From the NCBI GenBank assembly GCA_963770755.1, contig CAVYQZ010000010.1, positions 807,251-871,250 on the forward strand: 64,000 nucleotides of DNA. The letters run 5' to 3'. Of the stretch, positions 32,101 through 42,381 are shown in pieces (the first letter of the stretch is position 1; each line of letters starts with the position of its first letter). The notes below the pieces were generated by a model. It did not search any database. It was not told the origin of the DNA and saw only the letters and a list, made by a program, of their open reading frames with translations. The DNA comes from Candidatus Aminicenantes bacterium (GTDB lineage: Bacteria; Acidobacteriota; Aminicenantia; UBA2199). A program made the translations under genes and the position numbers.

Positions 32101-34092
32101 ATGGGACAAATTGGATTGACTTACAGTATTGAGACCCTGTTCAGCCGACTGACTGAAAAATTGGCAGCCATCCTTTTCTACTCCCTGTTCTTGCTTGGCA
32201 ACTTTCTCTTTGCCGGGGGAAAGGCGGCGGTGGTCCTGACCCTTTTACTTTTTCTGAGCAACGGTATTCTGAAGGTTGCGAGCGGCGCTTTCGTGGAAAA
32301 TGGTTCGGCCGTGACATCCTTAACGATCCGCTCCCTTCTCAGCCTTGGCTTGTTTCCTTTTGCCTGGCTGGTTTGCCGCGCCCTGGCGGGCCGCGCCGCG
32401 CCGCAGGTCCTGGCGGTTCTGCTCACGATCGGATTTTTACTCTCCATGATCCGCAAAGCACCCGGGAATGTAGCAGCCAGCAAGGATAAACGCTGGGTTG
32501 CCGTCGCCTTTCTCCTGGTGACGGTCCTAGCCTGGTATCCTTTCTCAAGGATCGGTCTTCCCATCGATGGGAATTATGCTTATCGCGCTTATTTCAGTTC
32601 GGATTACCTCAAGCATTTCTCGGTGGTCGAATCACTCAATCAGACCGGCCTGCCCCCCGCGAACCTCTATTTCCAGGGCGAGGCGCTGCATTACTATTGG
32701 CTCCCATATGCCACACCGGCCTTTGTGGCATTTTTTGCCGGTTCCACGGCCAAAGCCATGTTCGCTTTTTCCTTCTCCGTCAATTTCCTTTTTATGCTCC
32801 TTTTATTCCTAATGGCACTAAAAACCTGCGGTCGACGCAGGTGGATGCCATACCTTGTCGCGCTGCTGGTCCTGGCCCCCAGCCTCGAGGGCTTCTACCT
32901 CTGGGCGGTCCGGGCGCGTTTTTCATGGACGGTCTATTTCCGTATCGGCCGCAATATCAACATTGACGGCCTGACCCGCTGGCTCTGGCAACTGCCGGAG
33001 ATCGACACGCTGCTCAGGTCGCTGCTCTTCACTCCGCAGCATCTTCTCAGCCTGACCTTTTTGTTGTTGTTTTTGTACGTTCTGTCTCAAAAACATGAAC
33101 ATCCCTGGGCGTTAGCCGTCTGCCTGGCATCAAGCCTGGCGGCCAGTTTTTTCATCGGTGGGATTCTCCTCATTTCCTGGGGATTGTACGCAACCGTCCG
33201 GGAAGGGGCAAATCTCGTCCGTGGGCTGCTCAAGTTTCGGGATTTCCTGAAGAACCTGGCGAGATATTTCGCTTTGCCGATTTTTGTCATAGGTCTTTCC
33301 GTTGGTCTGAAAATGATCTCATTCAGCGGCAGCGGGGTCATGCTCAAGCCAATGAAGCCGGGTGAAATCCTAATCCTGCTGGGTTTGAACTTCGGCCTGC
33401 TGACATTGGGCGGAGCGTTGGGGCTCCTGGCGGGGCGTTTTCAGGGAAGGGCTTTCCATGCTCTGCTCCTGGCCGTTTCCCTTGGCCTCATCCTGGCAGT
33501 GCGCATCAACAACTTCGAGTCGGACGTGTCACTCAAGGCCGGATTGGTGGCCATCCTGGTCCTGGCGCTCCTGACTTGTCGACTCGCCGAGGTCCCGCGG
33601 GGGGCCGGCAGGCTTGCACTTTTCATGGCCTTGCTGACCATCCTGCCCGGCCTATGGACCCTTACTCTGGACGTCGGAAATTCGTCCGATGTCCAAAACC
33701 GACGTTTCACCAGTTATGTCTCCTTTGGGGAAATGCGGATGTTGGCTTGGATCAGAAAGAACGTCCCCGCCAACCGGACAGTTCAGAATTTCCCCGAGGC
33801 CAGGCCCTGGAACCTTTCGGCCATACCCGCTTTTTCGGGAAAACAAATGGTTGTCGGCGACCGCATGCACGGCCAGATCTTCCAGGTACGTCCGGAGCTG
33901 TATCAGGGGCGAATCCAAGCTCTGCACATGGCCTTGACCGGATTGCCGGCTACTCTGAACGACCTGAGAGGCATGGGACTGGACTACCTCTTCTGGGGAA
34001 TTGACGAGAAACGATATTTCAAATTCTCTCCTGTCCTGCCGGTGGTGAAGCGCATGGGCGCAACAGTGCTTTATTCCCTGCGTCAACCATGA
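32101..34092 (+). CDS. Large polytopic membrane protein, GT-C-like (unknown specificity)
   Basis: About 660 aa with at least 14 predicted TM helices and a 130-aa C-terminal soluble domain. About 57% GC. The track start at 32074 is a TTG; the ATG at 32101 is in frame. Confidence 0.65.
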   Translation: MGQIGLTYSIETLFSRLTEKLAAILFYSLFLLGNFLFAGGKAAVVLTLLLFLSNGILKVASGAFVENGSAVTSLTIRSLLSLGLFPFAWLVCRALAGRAAPQVLAVLLTIGFLLSMIRKAPGNVAASKDKRWVAVAFLLVTVLAWYPFSRIGLPIDGNYAYRAYFSSDYLKHFSVVESLNQTGLPPANLYFQGEALHYYWLPYATPAFVAFFAGSTAKAMFAFSFSVNFLFMLLLFLMALKTCGRRRWMPYLVALLVLAPSLEGFYLWAVRARFSWTVYFRIGRNINIDGLTRWLWQLPEIDTLLRSLLFTPQHLLSLTFLLLFLYVLSQKHEHPWALAVCLASSLAASFFIGGILLISWGLYATVREGANLVRGLLKFRDFLKNLARYFALPIFVIGLSVGLKMISFSGSGVMLKPMKPGEILILLGLNFGLLTLGGALGLLAGRFQGRAFHALLLAVSLGLILAVRINNFESDVSLKAGLVAILVLALLTCRLAEVPRGAGRLALFMALLTILPGLWTLTLDVGNSSDVQNRRFTSYVSFGEMRMLAWIRKNVPANRTVQNFPEARPWNLSAIPAFSGKQMVVGDRMHGQIFQVRPELYQGRIQALHMALTGLPATLNDLRGMGLDYLFWGIDEKRYFKFSPVLPVVKRMGATVLYSLRQP

Positions 34093-34378
34093 AACATGAT
34101 ATCGGGACGCCGGGCCCAGGGCTTTCGCGGTCGGCAAGTTCTGATAAAAACAATTAGTTTTCCTGATCATTTTTCCTTCAGTGCGTCTGGCAATTCGCGT
34201 TAATTTGCTATTGACTCGGGTCTGGCAGGTTTGCAGACATTGATTAATTTGACCCAGCCATGCGGATTGAATATAATCGCTGCATGAGATTTGATCATTT
34301 GGCTTATTTATACGATCCCAACAAGATTAACGGCCGCTCGCTAAACTTATTCCAGTGAGTGGCGATACAGGTACCACA

Positions 34379-35116
34379 ATGAAACGACTCGCCGTCCTTG
34401 TCCCCGCATTGAATGAGTCCCGAAGGGTTGATACTGTTATCGACGGATTGCACGGCATTCAATCCGCTTTGCCTGTATCGGCAGTCCAGGTTGTCCTGGT
34501 GCTGATCGACGACGGCTCGTGGGACAACACGTTTGAGATCTTCGAAAAAAAATTGGGTGATGAAGCGATCACGGCGAAATTGATCAGGTTTGGCCGCAAT
34601 TTCGGCAAGGACAGTGCCATATTGGCCGGGATGCAGCAAATGGAAGCTGATTTTTACGTGATTGTCGATGCCGATGGGCAACCTCCATTTTCCTTGGTTC
34701 CCGAAATGTACCGACGCATAGAAAAGGAAAAAGTGGAAATCATATATGCGGTCAAGGAGCAGGAGCCCTATCATTGGCTGAGACGTTCCTTGACTTCACT
34801 GTTTTTTCTCGTCGCAAAAAAACTGGGGATCAGGGAACTGAAAAAGGGCTCTTCTGATTTCATGCTTTTTCCCCGACTGGTGCGGGATCGTGTCCTGCTG
34901 ATGCAGGAAAATGGGGTCGTGGTCCGCAATTTGGTTCGCTGGCTGGGAATGGATTCACGAGATGTTCCATTCAGGCCAGGGCAAAGCAATGTCACGTCGT
35001 TCACCTTCAAACAGCTTTTCATGCTGGGGGTACGGAGCATCATTTCGTTTTCCCATATTCTGCGCATCAACTTCTTTATTGCCTTGGGCAATGACCGTGT
35101 AATCGACATCACATGA
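34379..35116 (+). CDS. GT2 polyprenol-phosphate sugar synthase paralogue, C-terminally truncated and lacking the TM anchor (possible pseudogene)
   Basis: About 80% identical to 24670-25605 up to ...INFFIALG, then diverges into NDRVIDIT-stop. About 190 bp encoding the two C-terminal TM helices is absent, while the convergent gene's end aligns with copy 1 beyond the deletion. Confidence 0.7.
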   Translation: MKRLAVLVPALNESRRVDTVIDGLHGIQSALPVSAVQVVLVLIDDGSWDNTFEIFEKKLGDEAITAKLIRFGRNFGKDSAILAGMQQMEADFYVIVDADGQPPFSLVPEMYRRIEKEKVEIIYAVKEQEPYHWLRRSLTSLFFLVAKKLGIRELKKGSSDFMLFPRLVRDRVLLMQENGVVVRNLVRWLGMDSRDVPFRPGQSNVTSFTFKQLFMLGVRSIISFSHILRINFFIALGNDRVIDIT

Positions 35117-35137
35117 CAGTGAACCTGTTCTTTTTCC

Positions 35138-37303
35138 TTATTCGATCCTGACTTTAACCAGTTCCAGGGATGGAGCCGAGCGGATTTCCAAGTAATTAAA
35201 TTGCATCTCCCGGGGTTGCGCGCCGATGTCCAGCACGATCGGGCTTCGGCTTCCCGGCACCAGCAGCTGCCTATGGATCGAATTGCCGTTGAACAGAAAT
35301 TCCGCTTCCATTTTCCGGTCGACATTCGTGGTGCATACCAGGTAATTCTTGCCCTTCAATGCATAATAGGGGAGAAAATAGCGTATTCGCGGACCCTGTT
35401 CGCGTTCGCACAAAACCAGCAGGGTTCCATTTCTGTTTCGCTCGACTTTTTCAAATAGTCCCTTCATTTCACCCAGGCGAATTTGACTTTGTATGATATG
35501 CCAGGTTCGTCGATCCTCATTTTGAAAATCGTGCTTGAAGAGCATGATCAGGCGGATCCCTTTCGCCGCCAACATCCGGGAGAAACTCGGATCGCTCAGT
35601 CCGGAAAATCCGCTCTCGACTTGAAGCTGGGGATGGCCGCTTAATCCGTAGTAATCGCCCAGGTAATAGATGTGGCCGTCATAGGTGTGCTTGTGGTGAT
35701 AGATGGTGAAAAGAGAATAATGGTTGGCATCATTCGGATAGGCTGGGAGTTCCAACAGGCCGAAATGGTCGGGATACTGGTCGAGAAGCCGATAAAATTC
35801 TTTGTGGACCGGCCGGTCATCATCCAATCGTTCCGGATATACCGGCCAGCGGATGCGTTCGGCAAAAACCAGAACCAGGGCCAGCGCCAGGACAATTTTT
35901 TTTTGGCGAAAACGCTTGAAAAAGTAAGAAAACCCGAAGGCGGAAACTGTAAAAAAGAGCAACAGCAGGACATATTCGGTGCGAATGCCCCGGCTGCGAA
36001 GCAGAAACGGGAACAGACGGGCCAAACTCTGAAAAAGATTGAAAAAAGGAAGACTGATCTGGCTTGAATAGAATTGCAGCAGCAGCCAGGTAATCGCGAG
36101 CCATTGGAGTTCCTTGGGAGTTTTTTCACGGATCACGTAAAGAAGCAGGGACAGGCTGAATAGAAACAGCAGGAGTGCCCAGTCGGAAACACGGTTCAAT
36201 ATTTGCGAAGAACCTCCCTGGAAAATGATGGGAAAAACCAGGGCCGGGACGATCAGAAAAAAAGAACAGGTCAGGGCCAGGGTTTTTTCCCAGAAATTTT
36301 TCAGGTAGGGCATGAAAGCGAGAATGAAAAAAATGAATATGGTAAGCCCCGGGCAGCGTGGGGACTGATTCCAGAAAATCCGGTTGAAAAACAGGAGCAA
36401 ATAGGACCAATTGCTGTAGAAGCTTACTGAGGTGCTGAACGAACCGGGCGGGATGGAATGGATTTCATCGACCACGGAAAAAGAAGTTTTCGGACTCATG
36501 TAGGGAAGAAAGATCAGGGTTACGGAAACGAGAAACAAGACAGCTGCCACGGTGATGAGTACCCAATACCGCCAGGGCATGAGGCCGAAGAGAATTTGGC
36601 GGACCAAAAAAAACATTCCCAGCGAAATCCCAAGAAAAAGGCCCAATGAGAGATCGAAAAGAAACTGGGAAAAAAAAGCGAAAGTGAACAGTAGCAGATC
36701 CTTTGTCTGTCCTCTTTTTAAAAAACGGGAAAAAAACAGCAGGGTGAGGGGAATCGGAAAACTGAACAGCAGATTTAGGTGCGGAATATTGTGAACGCGA
36801 AACGGCAGCAGAATATACAATGCCCCGACGATCCATGCAATCCAGCGTTCTTCAACCCATTCACGCGCAAAGCGATACGAGCAATATCCCGCCGCAATAT
36901 ATGAAATAAAGGTCAATAGGTTGTAGATGATATATACATTCCGGATATGAATGAGATAAAACGGCAGGACCAGCAAGGTCTGGCCGAAAAGATTGATCCC
37001 TGCTGTTAAAGTATGGGATAAAGGGAAAAGAATGGGAAGTTGGAATAAATTCAGGAGATCGCCCTGGGTGATTTTTTTCAGATTGGAAAACAGGATTGTC
37101 AGCGAAAGGCGAATGTCGCCATTTGAAGCAAAAGACAGCCGGTTGAACAAATGGGGCAGCAGCGGGTAGAGGATCAGCAAGGACACAAGGAAATAGGAGA
37201 AAATTATGCCCGTTTCAAGGCGGGTTTCATTGAGACGTTTTTCCATGCGTGGAATCACCGGGGCCAAATTGCCCGGGAAGCGGATTGATCGGGATTTTAC
37301 CAT
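35138..37303 (-). CDS. Large polytopic membrane protein (putative GtrC-like/GT-C partner), intact paralogue
   Basis: 721 aa and collinear with 25620-27731. The N-terminus is MVKSRSIRF...MEKRLNETRLETGIIFSYFLVSLLILYPLLPHLFNRL. Confidence 0.8.
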   Translation of the reverse strand: MVKSRSIRFPGNLAPVIPRMEKRLNETRLETGIIFSYFLVSLLILYPLLPHLFNRLSFASNGDIRLSLTILFSNLKKITQGDLLNLFQLPILFPLSHTLTAGINLFGQTLLVLPFYLIHIRNVYIIYNLLTFISYIAAGYCSYRFAREWVEERWIAWIVGALYILLPFRVHNIPHLNLLFSFPIPLTLLFFSRFLKRGQTKDLLLFTFAFFSQFLFDLSLGLFLGISLGMFFLVRQILFGLMPWRYWVLITVAAVLFLVSVTLIFLPYMSPKTSFSVVDEIHSIPPGSFSTSVSFYSNWSYLLLFFNRIFWNQSPRCPGLTIFIFFILAFMPYLKNFWEKTLALTCSFFLIVPALVFPIIFQGGSSQILNRVSDWALLLFLFSLSLLLYVIREKTPKELQWLAITWLLLQFYSSQISLPFFNLFQSLARLFPFLLRSRGIRTEYVLLLLFFTVSAFGFSYFFKRFRQKKIVLALALVLVFAERIRWPVYPERLDDDRPVHKEFYRLLDQYPDHFGLLELPAYPNDANHYSLFTIYHHKHTYDGHIYYLGDYYGLSGHPQLQVESGFSGLSDPSFSRMLAAKGIRLIMLFKHDFQNEDRRTWHIIQSQIRLGEMKGLFEKVERNRNGTLLVLCEREQGPRIRYFLPYYALKGKNYLVCTTNVDRKMEAEFLFNGNSIHRQLLVPGSRSPIVLDIGAQPREMQFNYLEIRSAPSLELVKVRIE

Positions 37304-37444
37304 TCATTCTGCATGAGGGTAGCACAGCGGCGTTTTTTTTTCAATTGTCCTGAACGTTCGTTACGACTGTATTTTTATTCCCGTTTGCCTCGTGTCGAAG
37401 CGGAATTCAGTATGGTGCGTACGGTGAAATGCAATTATCCTCGA

Positions 37445-37473
37445 TTGACATTTTCCGTTTTTTTCCCTATAAT
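37445..37473 (+). promoter_or_regulatory. Perfect-consensus sigma70 promoter (TTGACA, 17 nt, TATAAT) giving a near-leaderless transcript
   Basis: TTGACA at 37445-37450, a 17-nt spacer, TATAAT at 37468-37473, and the ATG at 37483, only 9 nt after the -10 element. Confidence 0.6.
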
Positions 37474-37482
37474 CCGAGAAAA

Positions 37483-39960
37483 ATGGACAAGATAAATCCC
37501 GTAAAATCGAGTAGATATCTTTTGTTGCTTTTGCTGTTGGTTGCACTGCTTCTCCGCGTCCAGGCGTGGTTCCCCTTCAATGCCGTCGATGAGGATGCCA
37601 TCATGCAGATGACCTGGGGACTGCACCTCAATCCGCTTCCTCCGGGCATGCCCCCTCCGTTTCCCGGATATCCGTCCCTGTTCATGTATCTCAATTTTGT
37701 ACTCTCCCTGTTGTATCAGCTGATCCTTGTCTTTCTAGGAGTCTTTGCTTCCGCTGGTGAATACCTTGCCTCGCCTTTGGCCCGTGCCTTCACCTTCAAG
37801 GCCGGGCAGCTCCTGGTCGCTGTGATCGGCACTGTACATGTGGCGGTAATCTGGAAGATCGGTCGTGAATTCTTTGACCAGCGGATCGCCTGGCTTGCGG
37901 CCCTTATCGTGGCTTTCCACCCCCACCTCATTTTCAACGGCCACATTTTCAAGGCCGATGTTCCGCTGGCCCTATTCTTCGCCCTGCTCCTTCTCTATTC
38001 GCTCCGCTTTCTCAGAAGCCTGCAGACAAAGGATTTCTTTGCAGCCTGTTTCGTCGCCGGATTGACCGTCATTTGCAAGTTCAATGGCGCAATCGAAGTT
38101 CTCCTCATCCCGTTGATCCTGTGGCTTGTTCGAAAAAAGATGCCCGCCAAACGCTGCTGGAAACTCCTCCTCCTTTCTCCCCTTTTCGGCGTGCTAGGCT
38201 TTCTCGCCGGAGCCCCCAACTGGGTGGTCCACCCCGTAAAAAGTTTCCTTGCTGCTTATCGCCTTGCCTTTTTCAATTTTCGGGAATATGCTTTTTATGA
38301 TTCGTTTTCCTCAACCTACGGACGCTATTTTCCTGATCTGTGGCGAACCCTGGGACCCGTATTCGTCATTTTATTCTTTTTGGGCGTCCTGTCTGTTTTC
38401 CTGCGGCGCAAAAAAGAGGATTTGGTGATATTGCTTTCCCTGGTCATGTATTTTCTGGTTCAGGGCAGTTCAGACTATTATGGCACCCGCGTCATCCTCC
38501 CCCTGTACGGCGGAATCGCTTTGATCATCGCCAAAGCCGCTTTCCAGGACATTTATCCATTCTTGAAAAAGCAGTTGCTTCGTTCGGGCTTCACGATCGC
38601 AATTTTTGCGATGACAGCATTTTTCTCGCTGGGAAACATCCGCGATTCCGTTACGCAATTCAACCTCTGGAAAAGCACCTCAACTTGGGAGGAAACCCTG
38701 AATTTCCGGAATGAGCACATCCCAGCGTCTTTCCCATTTGGTCGTGAAATGTTCACTCCCATAAAGGCAGGGGACCGGGGCATTTGGGACATTTCCGATA
38801 TTCACGAAGGTTTTTTCCATGGCGACAATGCCCTCCCGTTCCTGAATACAGGGCTTTTGACCGAATATGTCCTCCGGCAATCCCGAGACGAAAAAACCAA
38901 GGAAAAGATTCGCGTCCGGCTTCGGGAATATCGCCCGTTCCACACGATTTCCAAACCGCAATTCGGACCCTGGGATGGGGATATCCTTTTCTGGTACCAT
39001 CCCAATCCCCGGATGCCCAATTATGGGCGCGGAAAGAAACGTGTGTACCTGCCCCGCCTGTATCGCCGCCATGTCGGGAACACCCTCTTCTATCCCCTTC
39101 AACCATATGAAAAGAATCCCGGTTTCTTCCCCTTGCAGGGTAATTTTGTCGGAAAGTGGCTCCTTTCTTCCAAGCCTTTGACGGCCATTTCATTCACTCT
39201 GTTCAGTCCGGATGCAAGCATGAAAGTGAAGGTGAAGGTCAACCATCGCGAAATCGTCCTTCAGGCTTCCCGGGGAATCGACGCACGCATCGTTCCAATG
39301 CCGCCTCCACTGCGTTTCCAAAAATCTCCTTTGTATCGACTTGAGGCGCAATTTCCTGAGGAAAACGCCAAGGCGTTTCTTTTGGTTGAGGAAGAGTCCT
39401 CCGTTCCAACTGCCTGGGATATCGATCTGTCCGATCCGGTTGAAGGAGATCCGCCACCACTCTTGTCCATGGATGACCCTCCCGCCTGGGTCAGGAAATT
39501 CTTTCGTCAGACCGGAATTGATCTTTCTCTCCTTGCCTTCACTCAAAAAACCACGCTCTGGGAGAATTCGCAACGGTCGCTGTTGCCTTTTTCCTCGGAA
39601 TGGATGGCCCTCGCGCCCGGAGTGTACCGCTGGGAGATGGAGACCGAACCTCTTTCCATAAAGGAAAGCGCGGGTGCCCCGCCTCCCCTGACGATCGTCA
39701 GTTGCGGTGAAAACGGCTTCGCAACCGATACATACGCCTGGGAGAAAACCGAAAGCGGGCGCTATGTGATACGTTTCCAGAACCTGCAGAAGAAAGTTTT
39801 TTTGCTGGCGAAAAGCGGTGATCTCCAGAAACAGGGTCTTCTCCTCCTTCGCCTCACCCTTTGCCCCGATTACCTGAATTCACTTCGTCAGGGAATGATC
39901 TTTCGCATGCAGTCGAAATCTGAAAGTGCCGCCAGGCTCGAGAAAAATGAGGAAAGGTAG
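37483..39960 (+). CDS. PMT/ArnT-family (COG1807, GT39/GT83-like) GT-C glycosyltransferase with about 400-aa C-terminal extracytoplasmic domain
   Basis: About 825 aa. The first-loop acidic motif AVDEDA sits after TM1, followed by multiple TM helices. This is the only intact copy of the three paralogues. Confidence 0.75.
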   Translation: MDKINPVKSSRYLLLLLLLVALLLRVQAWFPFNAVDEDAIMQMTWGLHLNPLPPGMPPPFPGYPSLFMYLNFVLSLLYQLILVFLGVFASAGEYLASPLARAFTFKAGQLLVAVIGTVHVAVIWKIGREFFDQRIAWLAALIVAFHPHLIFNGHIFKADVPLALFFALLLLYSLRFLRSLQTKDFFAACFVAGLTVICKFNGAIEVLLIPLILWLVRKKMPAKRCWKLLLLSPLFGVLGFLAGAPNWVVHPVKSFLAAYRLAFFNFREYAFYDSFSSTYGRYFPDLWRTLGPVFVILFFLGVLSVFLRRKKEDLVILLSLVMYFLVQGSSDYYGTRVILPLYGGIALIIAKAAFQDIYPFLKKQLLRSGFTIAIFAMTAFFSLGNIRDSVTQFNLWKSTSTWEETLNFRNEHIPASFPFGREMFTPIKAGDRGIWDISDIHEGFFHGDNALPFLNTGLLTEYVLRQSRDEKTKEKIRVRLREYRPFHTISKPQFGPWDGDILFWYHPNPRMPNYGRGKKRVYLPRLYRRHVGNTLFYPLQPYEKNPGFFPLQGNFVGKWLLSSKPLTAISFTLFSPDASMKVKVKVNHREIVLQASRGIDARIVPMPPPLRFQKSPLYRLEAQFPEENAKAFLLVEEESSVPTAWDIDLSDPVEGDPPPLLSMDDPPAWVRKFFRQTGIDLSLLAFTQKTTLWENSQRSLLPFSSEWMALAPGVYRWEMETEPLSIKESAGAPPPLTIVSCGENGFATDTYAWEKTESGRYVIRFQNLQKKVFLLAKSGDLQKQGLLLLRLTLCPDYLNSLRQGMIFRMQSKSESAARLEKNEER

Positions 39961-40249
39961 GCTCTGCTGAAAGAACTGTAGGTTGCTCGATTCGGTGTCT
40001 TTCAATCCGGCGGATCGAACGAATGCCTGGGATTGCTGTGGCCCCGAGGCTCTCGTGGATCTCTTTTAAAGAACTGTCGAATGGAACGCCGGGTGCGGTG
40101 TACCGGTGCGATTTCACGGCATTTTCCATCGTCTGCGTCCGTTGTCGTCAAGGCTGAAAAAACCGCTTTTTTGATCGTCGATCCAAGATCCGTTGCCTGA
40201 AATGGTCGCACGGAAAAATTGCCCTATATCCCTATATATTATACACACG

Positions 40250-42262
40250 ATGCCTGCCGACAAACGAAAGTGGATCGAAGTTTTAGCCTTGGTTTTACTC
40301 CTGATCGTTGCGTTGGCCATGCGCTTGCAACAATGGAATACCATCTCTCTCCCCGACGAAGCGGCATTGGTGAATATGACCCTGCACCTCCACGATACCC
40401 CTTTTCCCACCGGCAATTATCCCGGTTACCTGGGCTATCCGCCGCTTTTTCTTTTCGCGTGCCGCCGCAACCGAAAGTCGCTGTGGAAACCACTGCTCAT
40501 GGAGCCGGCTGCCTTGACGGTGGGCTTTTTCAGCGGCGCTCCCAACTGGATCGTCTATCCTTTCTTGAATATCGGCGAAGCCTATCGCTTCGTCGCCTAT
40601 CATTACTCCGGCTTTCGTTTTTTGGGAAGAAAAGTGGCGTATGCCGCTTTTCTGAAAACGCTCCTCGATAGTTTTGACCCGGCGTTTCTGGTTCTGTTTT
40701 TTATCGGGCTGCTGGCTCTCATCTTTTACCAGCAACGGACTGGAATCTTGCTCGCCACGTACATGGCTGTCTATGTCGCCATCCTGGGAAACACATCCTG
40801 TTTCGGAGAACGCATGGTGTTGCCCCTGCTGGCGGTCGTGGTTTTGATCATTGCCAACGTCCTGTTTCTCGGCTTGCCGCGTTTGTTGCATCCGGCAAAG
40901 CGCTGGTTGTCTTTTTATCATCTCGTCATCTGGACCTTGCTGGCTGCATATGCCGCAAACGGAATCCTGCAGAACATCCGCTGCTTCAATCTTCTAAGCA
41001 CCGTTTCCACCTATAACCAGGCTATCGATTACCGTTTTCACCATATCCCTTTCGAGTTCTCCATGGCCCGCGAAAACATGACTCCCGGCTATAGCGGCGA
41101 CCAGGGATTTTCCGATCTCGCTTCCATGCCGGCGAATTCTTTTTGGGGCCCTAAGGCCATGCCGTTCCTGTGTACCGGTCTTTTTACCAACTATATTCTC
41201 GAATATACACCGGCCAATGCCCCGGCCCATAACCGGTTGCGGCGCTATCTGGCGAACTATGCGGCCTTCGCACGCATCCATAAACCGCGTTTTTCGTCAT
41301 TTGACGACGACATCCCCTATTGGTACAAGAAGCCGGCTTGGGTGAAAGGTTGAACCTCAACCGCCCCCTGCCGCATCTGCCACCGATTTTCAGCCTTCCC
41401 CCCAGTGAACTGGCAAGCGACACGTGTTTTCTGCCGCTGCAGAATTTTGAAAAATCGCCGCTGGCGGGCAAAATTGTCAAGGACATCTGGACGAAAAAAA
41501 TATATTCTTTTCGACCGCGCGCGCGTTGCTTTTTATGTATTGCCAAACGGAAACAGCGAATGGCTGCGGGTTGCCGTCAACGGCCGAAAAAAGAAATTCC
41601 TGCTGGAACAAGCCCGGGAAATGCGCATGATCGTTTTTAATGACATCCGTCCTCGCTGCCTTCATCAGGATTATATTTACTCGATTGAAATTGCCACCCA
41701 CAATCCCCGGCTGCCCATTTTCCTGGTCTGTGTACCGGAGTTCATCTCCGCTCCGGAACCTGCGCCGGAAGAAAAATTATTCGCCCAGCCGCAGACCGAG
41801 CCGCTTCCCGCTCTCTTTGCGGCTGCAAAAGTTCCTGATTGGTGCCGAGAAGTGTACAGGGTTTCCGGCATCGATTTCATGCTGCACCGTTTCGTTCAGA
41901 CCGAGCGTCTTTTTTCAAATCATGAACAATCCGGCCGGGATACGGCTCTTGATGATTTTCCCTTGGCCGCCGGGCGTTACCTGCTTCGCGCCAAGGGCAG
42001 GCGAATGGACGCTGCAAAGCCAGTGGCGGCGGCCTTGAAACTGAAATGGGGAACCATCGGCTTGAGTGGGAAAGAGAATGGGGAATTCAACATTTCCCCC
42101 GCGGAGACGGATTCCGAAATCGTGAGGCCCCTGGCAATGGGCGAATTGACATTCGTGCAACTTGCCATCCAGGGACAGGTTGCAAGCAATTTCCAAATTA
42201 CTGAAATCAGCATCGAACCCGATTACCTGGGTTATATCAATGGCTACTGGCTGAAAAAATAG
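40250..42262 (+). pseudogene. PMT/ArnT-like paralogue with an internal deletion of about 175 aa and two frameshifts
   Basis: The N-terminus MPADKRKWIEVLALVLLLIVALAMRLQQWN ... PDEAALVN ... GYPPLFLF jumps directly to ...SGAPNWIVYPFLN, which corresponds to about aa 270 of 37483. Frame changes occur near 41350 and 41495 (an A8 run). Downstream segments in the other two frames still align to the C-terminal domain of 37483. Confidence 0.65.
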
Positions 42263-42381
42263 GCTGAAATCCCGACCGCAACCAAGTCTGCGCTGCCCTT
42301 TTTTATGCAATCAATCGCATGCTTGAATATTTTCCTTGCCGGAAAGATCCGGCCTCTGCTTTCTATATCGATTGATCTTTC

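Larger units (their letters stand above)
34379..37303. repeat. Gtr-like module copy 2; paralogous to 24670-27731
   Basis: See copy 1. GC is about 55%, against about 50% in copy 1. Confidence 0.8.

Noticed and set aside
33652..34170. 172-aa minus-strand ORF and several 80-140-aa ORFs in 32.1-34.1 kb and 38-42 kb
   Set aside because: All overlap long TM-rich genes in GC-rich DNA, and their products are Arg/Pro/Gly-rich with no motifs.
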